From assembly GCA_965657355.1 (NCBI GenBank), contig CBFHOE010000004.1, positions 164,186-228,185 of the forward strand: a stretch of 64,000 nucleotides of DNA. Reading direction: 5' to 3'. This DNA comes from Limisphaerales bacterium (GTDB lineage: Bacteria > Verrucomicrobiota > Verrucomicrobiia > Limisphaerales > JAJOIW01). Below are positions 60,477 to 64,000 of the stretch, piece after piece (the stretch's first letter is position 1; each line of letters begins with the position of its first letter). The notes below the pieces were generated by a model. That model was not told the DNA's origin. It made no database searches and saw only the letters and a list, made by a program, of their open reading frames with translations. Made by a program: the position numbers and the translations under genes.

Positions 60477-62618
60477 ATGAATCATCCAAGTAAGCAAGTT
60501 ACGATTGTGGTTCAGGGCATAGATTGTCCTAACGAAGTCGAACTGGTCGAGCGGGCGCTACGAGGGTTCGAAAATGTGCGGGATGTAAAGACGAACATCA
60601 TGACTGGAAAGGTGACTGTCGATTACGATGGAGCCACTAACTTACAGGAGTTTGTTCAGGCGATTTGCAAGGAAGGACTTGTTGCAAAACTAGAGGCAGA
60701 CTGGCGAGATAATAAAACGGACAGGACGCAAAAAAGGAGACTTCTATCGGTGCTAGTATCCGGGGCAACAACAGCTTTAGGAATGCTTTTTCTCTGGACG
60801 CAGTGGGTGACAAGGGATGTACAAAACGGTTGTTTTGCTTTGGCGATAATATCGGGAGCATGGTTCATCGTGCCTAAAGCGATTTCTGCTGCAAAGCGAC
60901 TTCGTCCGGATATGAACCTTTTGATGACGGTAGCAGTTATCGGAGCCGTCGGTATTGGAGAATGGTCTGAAGGCGCTGCCGTGACATTTCTTTTTGCGTT
61001 TTCAGAACTTTTGGAATCATACAGCGTGGCCCGTGCTAGACACGCTGTTAAGACATTACTCGATTTGTCTCCAGAAACAGCCCTTTTGAAAGGAAATAAT
61101 GGTGTTGAGGAGGTCGCTGTTGAGGCAGTGGAAGTAGGGAAAACGATAGTCATACGGTCGGGAGCTAGGATACCACTGGATGGAGATGTCAAGACTGGGG
61201 AATCCACCGTTAATCAAGCACCAATTACAGGTGAGTCCATGCCAGTGGAAAAATCACCTGGTGAGAAAGTGTTTGCAGGAACGATAAATGGGGAGGGATT
61301 GTTAGAGGTGTGTGTGACTAAAGGCTTTCTAGATACTACCTTGGCTCGAATTATCCATTTAGTTGAAGAGGCTCAATCCCAGAAAGCTCCATCGGAGCGT
61401 GCAATTGACGTTTTTGCAAAAGTTTACACGCCGAGCGTGATGGCCCTTGCGGCTTTCTTGTTTCTTATTCCTACCGCGATGAATCCAGAAACATGGTCGG
61501 AATGGTTATACCGGTCTTTGGTATTACTGGTCATTGCATGCCCCTGTGCTTTGGTAATATCAACCCCTGTTGCCATTGTTTCAGGGCTGACGGCGATGGC
61601 TAGGCGTGGTGTTTTGATAAAAGGTGGAGCACACTTGGAGGCAATAGGAAGGATAAGAGCTCTTGCGGTTGATAAAACCGGAACGATTACGCAAGGACAA
61701 CCAAGGGTAGCACAAGTCATTCCCATAACTTCGAAAAGTCATGACGATGTAGTGCGCATTGCTGCCTCGATTGACACACATTCTGACCATCCCTTAGCGC
61801 AAGCAATCGTCAGATACGCAGCTGAAATAGGTGTTGAATTTACGCAAAGCCAAAACTACCGGTCAAATACGGGGAGGGGGGCCGAGGCACAGATTGACAG
61901 ACACCAATATTTTGTCAGTAACCATCGATTTGTTCATGATTTAGGTCTCTGCTCTGCCGAGATTGAAGAGAAGCTTGAAGAAATTGAAAGGGAGGCGCAA
62001 TCAGTTGTGATTGTTGGTCATTTTTCGCATGAAGAATGTCGCGGGGAAATACTGGGTATCATAGGGATAGGGGACACAATTCGTGCCGAGGCGCGTGAAG
62101 CGATTTCCGCTATTCATAAAGTAGGAGTGAAGTCAGTAGTGATGCTTAGTGGTGATAACCAGAGAACTGCTGATGCCATTTCAAGTCAGACGGGAATTGA
62201 TGAGGCATATGGTGATTTACTCCCGGATCAAAAGATTTCTCATTTACAAGTAATGATGGATAAATACAAGCATGTCGCAATGGTAGGTGATGGGGTCAAT
62301 GATGCTCCAGCTATGGCATCAGCATCTGTGAGTATTGCTATGGGGGCGGCAGGAACAGATACCGCAATCGAAACCGCAGATATTGCTTTAATGCAAGATA
62401 ATCTCTTGGAAATTGGAAAAGCGATAAAGCTAGGGCGACGAACTATTCGTATCATACGGGGTAACATTATCTTTGCCCTGCTATTAAAGACGGTTTTTTT
62501 AGCCTTGGCCGTTATGGGAGTCACTAGCCTATGGCTGGCTATTCTCGCCGATACAGGAGCAACACTTATCGTGATTGCCAATGCACTGCGGTTACTCAAG
62601 GATTCTACTGTTGAATAA
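60477..62618 (+). CDS. Heavy-metal P1B-type ATPase, ZntA/CadA-like (Zn/Cd/Pb)
   Basis: N-terminal HMA (GIDCPNE), TGES, ACPCAL, DKTGT, SDHPLA, GDGVNDAP, TM Lys (LLLKTV) and LADTGA, consistent with P1B-2. Confidence 0.93.
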   Translation: MNHPSKQVTIVVQGIDCPNEVELVERALRGFENVRDVKTNIMTGKVTVDYDGATNLQEFVQAICKEGLVAKLEADWRDNKTDRTQKRRLLSVLVSGATTALGMLFLWTQWVTRDVQNGCFALAIISGAWFIVPKAISAAKRLRPDMNLLMTVAVIGAVGIGEWSEGAAVTFLFAFSELLESYSVARARHAVKTLLDLSPETALLKGNNGVEEVAVEAVEVGKTIVIRSGARIPLDGDVKTGESTVNQAPITGESMPVEKSPGEKVFAGTINGEGLLEVCVTKGFLDTTLARIIHLVEEAQSQKAPSERAIDVFAKVYTPSVMALAAFLFLIPTAMNPETWSEWLYRSLVLLVIACPCALVISTPVAIVSGLTAMARRGVLIKGGAHLEAIGRIRALAVDKTGTITQGQPRVAQVIPITSKSHDDVVRIAASIDTHSDHPLAQAIVRYAAEIGVEFTQSQNYRSNTGRGAEAQIDRHQYFVSNHRFVHDLGLCSAEIEEKLEEIEREAQSVVIVGHFSHEECRGEILGIIGIGDTIRAEAREAISAIHKVGVKSVVMLSGDNQRTADAISSQTGIDEAYGDLLPDQKISHLQVMMDKYKHVAMVGDGVNDAPAMASASVSIAMGAAGTDTAIETADIALMQDNLLEIGKAIKLGRRTIRIIRGNIIFALLLKTVFLALAVMGVTSLWLAILADTGATLIVIANALRLLKDSTVE

Positions 62619-62637
62619 GATGAACATGGACACCAGT

Positions 62638-62886
62638 CTAATAAGGTGAAATTCCTAAATTTAGGATTCTGGTATCGATTTTTTTGATTAGTATACAAAA
62701 CTGAGCTGCCACAAATACATCTGTCCTACTTTGTCCATTCCAACGGTGAAGGTTCTTATATAGACTGTCACGCAGGTTCGAGAATGTGGAGAGCATTTGC
62801 TCGATGTCAACTAGCTGTGATTCAGCCATCTTAATTACTGTGCAGTTTTCCGATTTTTCGAAGATCTTAAAACACGATAAAACTGT
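62638..62886 (-). pseudogene. Probable remnant of a MerR-family metal regulator (C-terminal half only)
   Basis: SENCTVIKMAESQLVDIEQMLSTFSNLRDSLYKNLHRWNG...FCILIKKI resembles the Cys / dimerisation helix / Cys...CPI(L) layout. No HTH; frame closed by TAA at 62887-62889. Confidence 0.45.
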
Positions 62887-64000
62887 TTAGGCGAAGTATG
62901 GCAGTTAAGTTGTTTAGTAGGAGGAAGAGGATTGCAGCGCGGTTCAACATAGCCAAGCGAGAGTAACTGACACGCAAAAGAATAATGGGACGGGCAGAGT
63001 TCAAAAGATTGCATGGACGGGAAGAATTCCTATAGCAGTAATTGCATTTGCCTGCCGTTTATTGAATCTATTGCTCATAGTAGTTGGTGTTACATAACCG
63101 CGGTAATTGATCTATTCAGCAGGCGGATAATAGGGTGGAGCATCTCATCAGAGAAATAATACAGGAGCAATTTAATCGGGTGTTACGTGGGGCTGTCCTG
63201 ATAGAAGGTAAACAATCTATAAGCAGGCCTTATGGATAACAGTGATTGTGGCAGCACCAATGCGGATCACAAATACGAATAACTCTTGTGAAAATTTGGG
63301 ATCAGAACAATCCTAACTGCTTGAACGAACATTAACTAAAACCATACTCGGCCCAAACAAGAGAACCCTGCGTCCAGCGTTTTCAGATCACATCAAACGA
63401 CATCAGTATGAACGGGAATTGCATTTTTAGAACGTTTTTTATCCGAGGTTTCAATTTTCTTCCTTTTGAGCTCTAAAGCCAATCTGGTAAGAGGCAGGAC
63501 ATGTTCTTCGAGGCAAGATGTGTCCTGTAGTTTTCAATTCCATGAGGGAGATCTTGTGGGCTGATGATTGGTGTTAATGATTCAATTTTGGTTTCAATGT
63601 GCTTGCTGTAGTGAACAATCGAAAATTTCAGGGTGAGAATGGGGCGTCCTGTTTCTTAATCGCAAGGTGCATGGCTCAGACCATAGAGACTGCGAATCTT
63701 TCACATTGACCCATCTTATGATTTTCATCGAACGCGAGGGCTGGAAGCTTGCAGAATGATTGGGGCTGTATCCGAAGATTCCGAACAGTTGGCCCAACAG
63801 GACTTCTCGTCTCACATTCTCTCGTTGTCCATTGGGCCAACTCACCTGCAAGGTCTGGGCCATCTAGTGCTAATTGCTGCGAGACAATTTGCCGGATTGA
63901 AGTGTTCCCCGTTGCTCTCATATTTCCTTCATTCATGCTAGTGATTTTCACTTTACCTTTTTCCTTTTCCGATCCTGATAATCTTAAACTGTGCTGCTTT

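Larger units (their letters stand above)
44961..64000. mobile_element. tRNA-Leu-targeting genomic island with heavy-metal resistance cargo; right end not in the window
   Basis: Displaced tRNA 3' fragment and arm-like repeats at the left end, clustered metal-efflux cargo, interspersed gene remnants and visibly higher GC in the efflux genes. No integrase is seen inside the window. Confidence 0.7.

Noticed and set aside
60656..62698. Antisense ORFs of 100-183 aa over the ATPase, and similar shadow ORFs over other large genes
   Set aside because: They overlap well-supported genes wholly or largely on the opposite strand and have no motifs; they are typical reverse-frame artefacts.

Overview
Bacterial DNA, about 40% GC by eye. 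The gene content (PVC-type heme/beta-propeller protein, CotH-lamin-tail surface protein, sulfatase, PhoD-like protein, OB-fold-type hybrid kinase, long RAYT) points to a Verrucomicrobia-like PVC organism; this is an inference. Positions 1-44.9 kb are mostly housekeeping and catabolic genes: bamA (5'-truncated), skp, miaB, GT9, purM, alaS, fdhD plus a YdeP-type oxidoreductase, HPr, pyk, tlyA and several hydrolases. This part also holds a REP-associated HUH tyrosine transposase bounded by a perfect 23-bp inverted repeat. At 44961-45016 a 3' half of tRNA-Leu(CAG), followed by TTGTGTAAT repeats, marks the end of an integrated island that probably continues past the window. The island carries two different heavy-metal RND efflux operons, a His/Cys-rich lipoprotein, a P1B-type ATPase and decayed genes, including a likely MerR remnant. 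The most notable observation is that each efflux operon is headed by a homologous small Cys-rich, probably exported ORF ending in PP...LR(S/T)xxLLI-stop. In both cases a stem begins right at that stop codon and base-pairs over the Shine-Dalgarno of the downstream tolC-like gene. This is a candidate metal-responsive leader-peptide (ribosome-arrest) switch with a non-RAPP motif. All calls are from reading the sequence; no database searches or folding programs were run.
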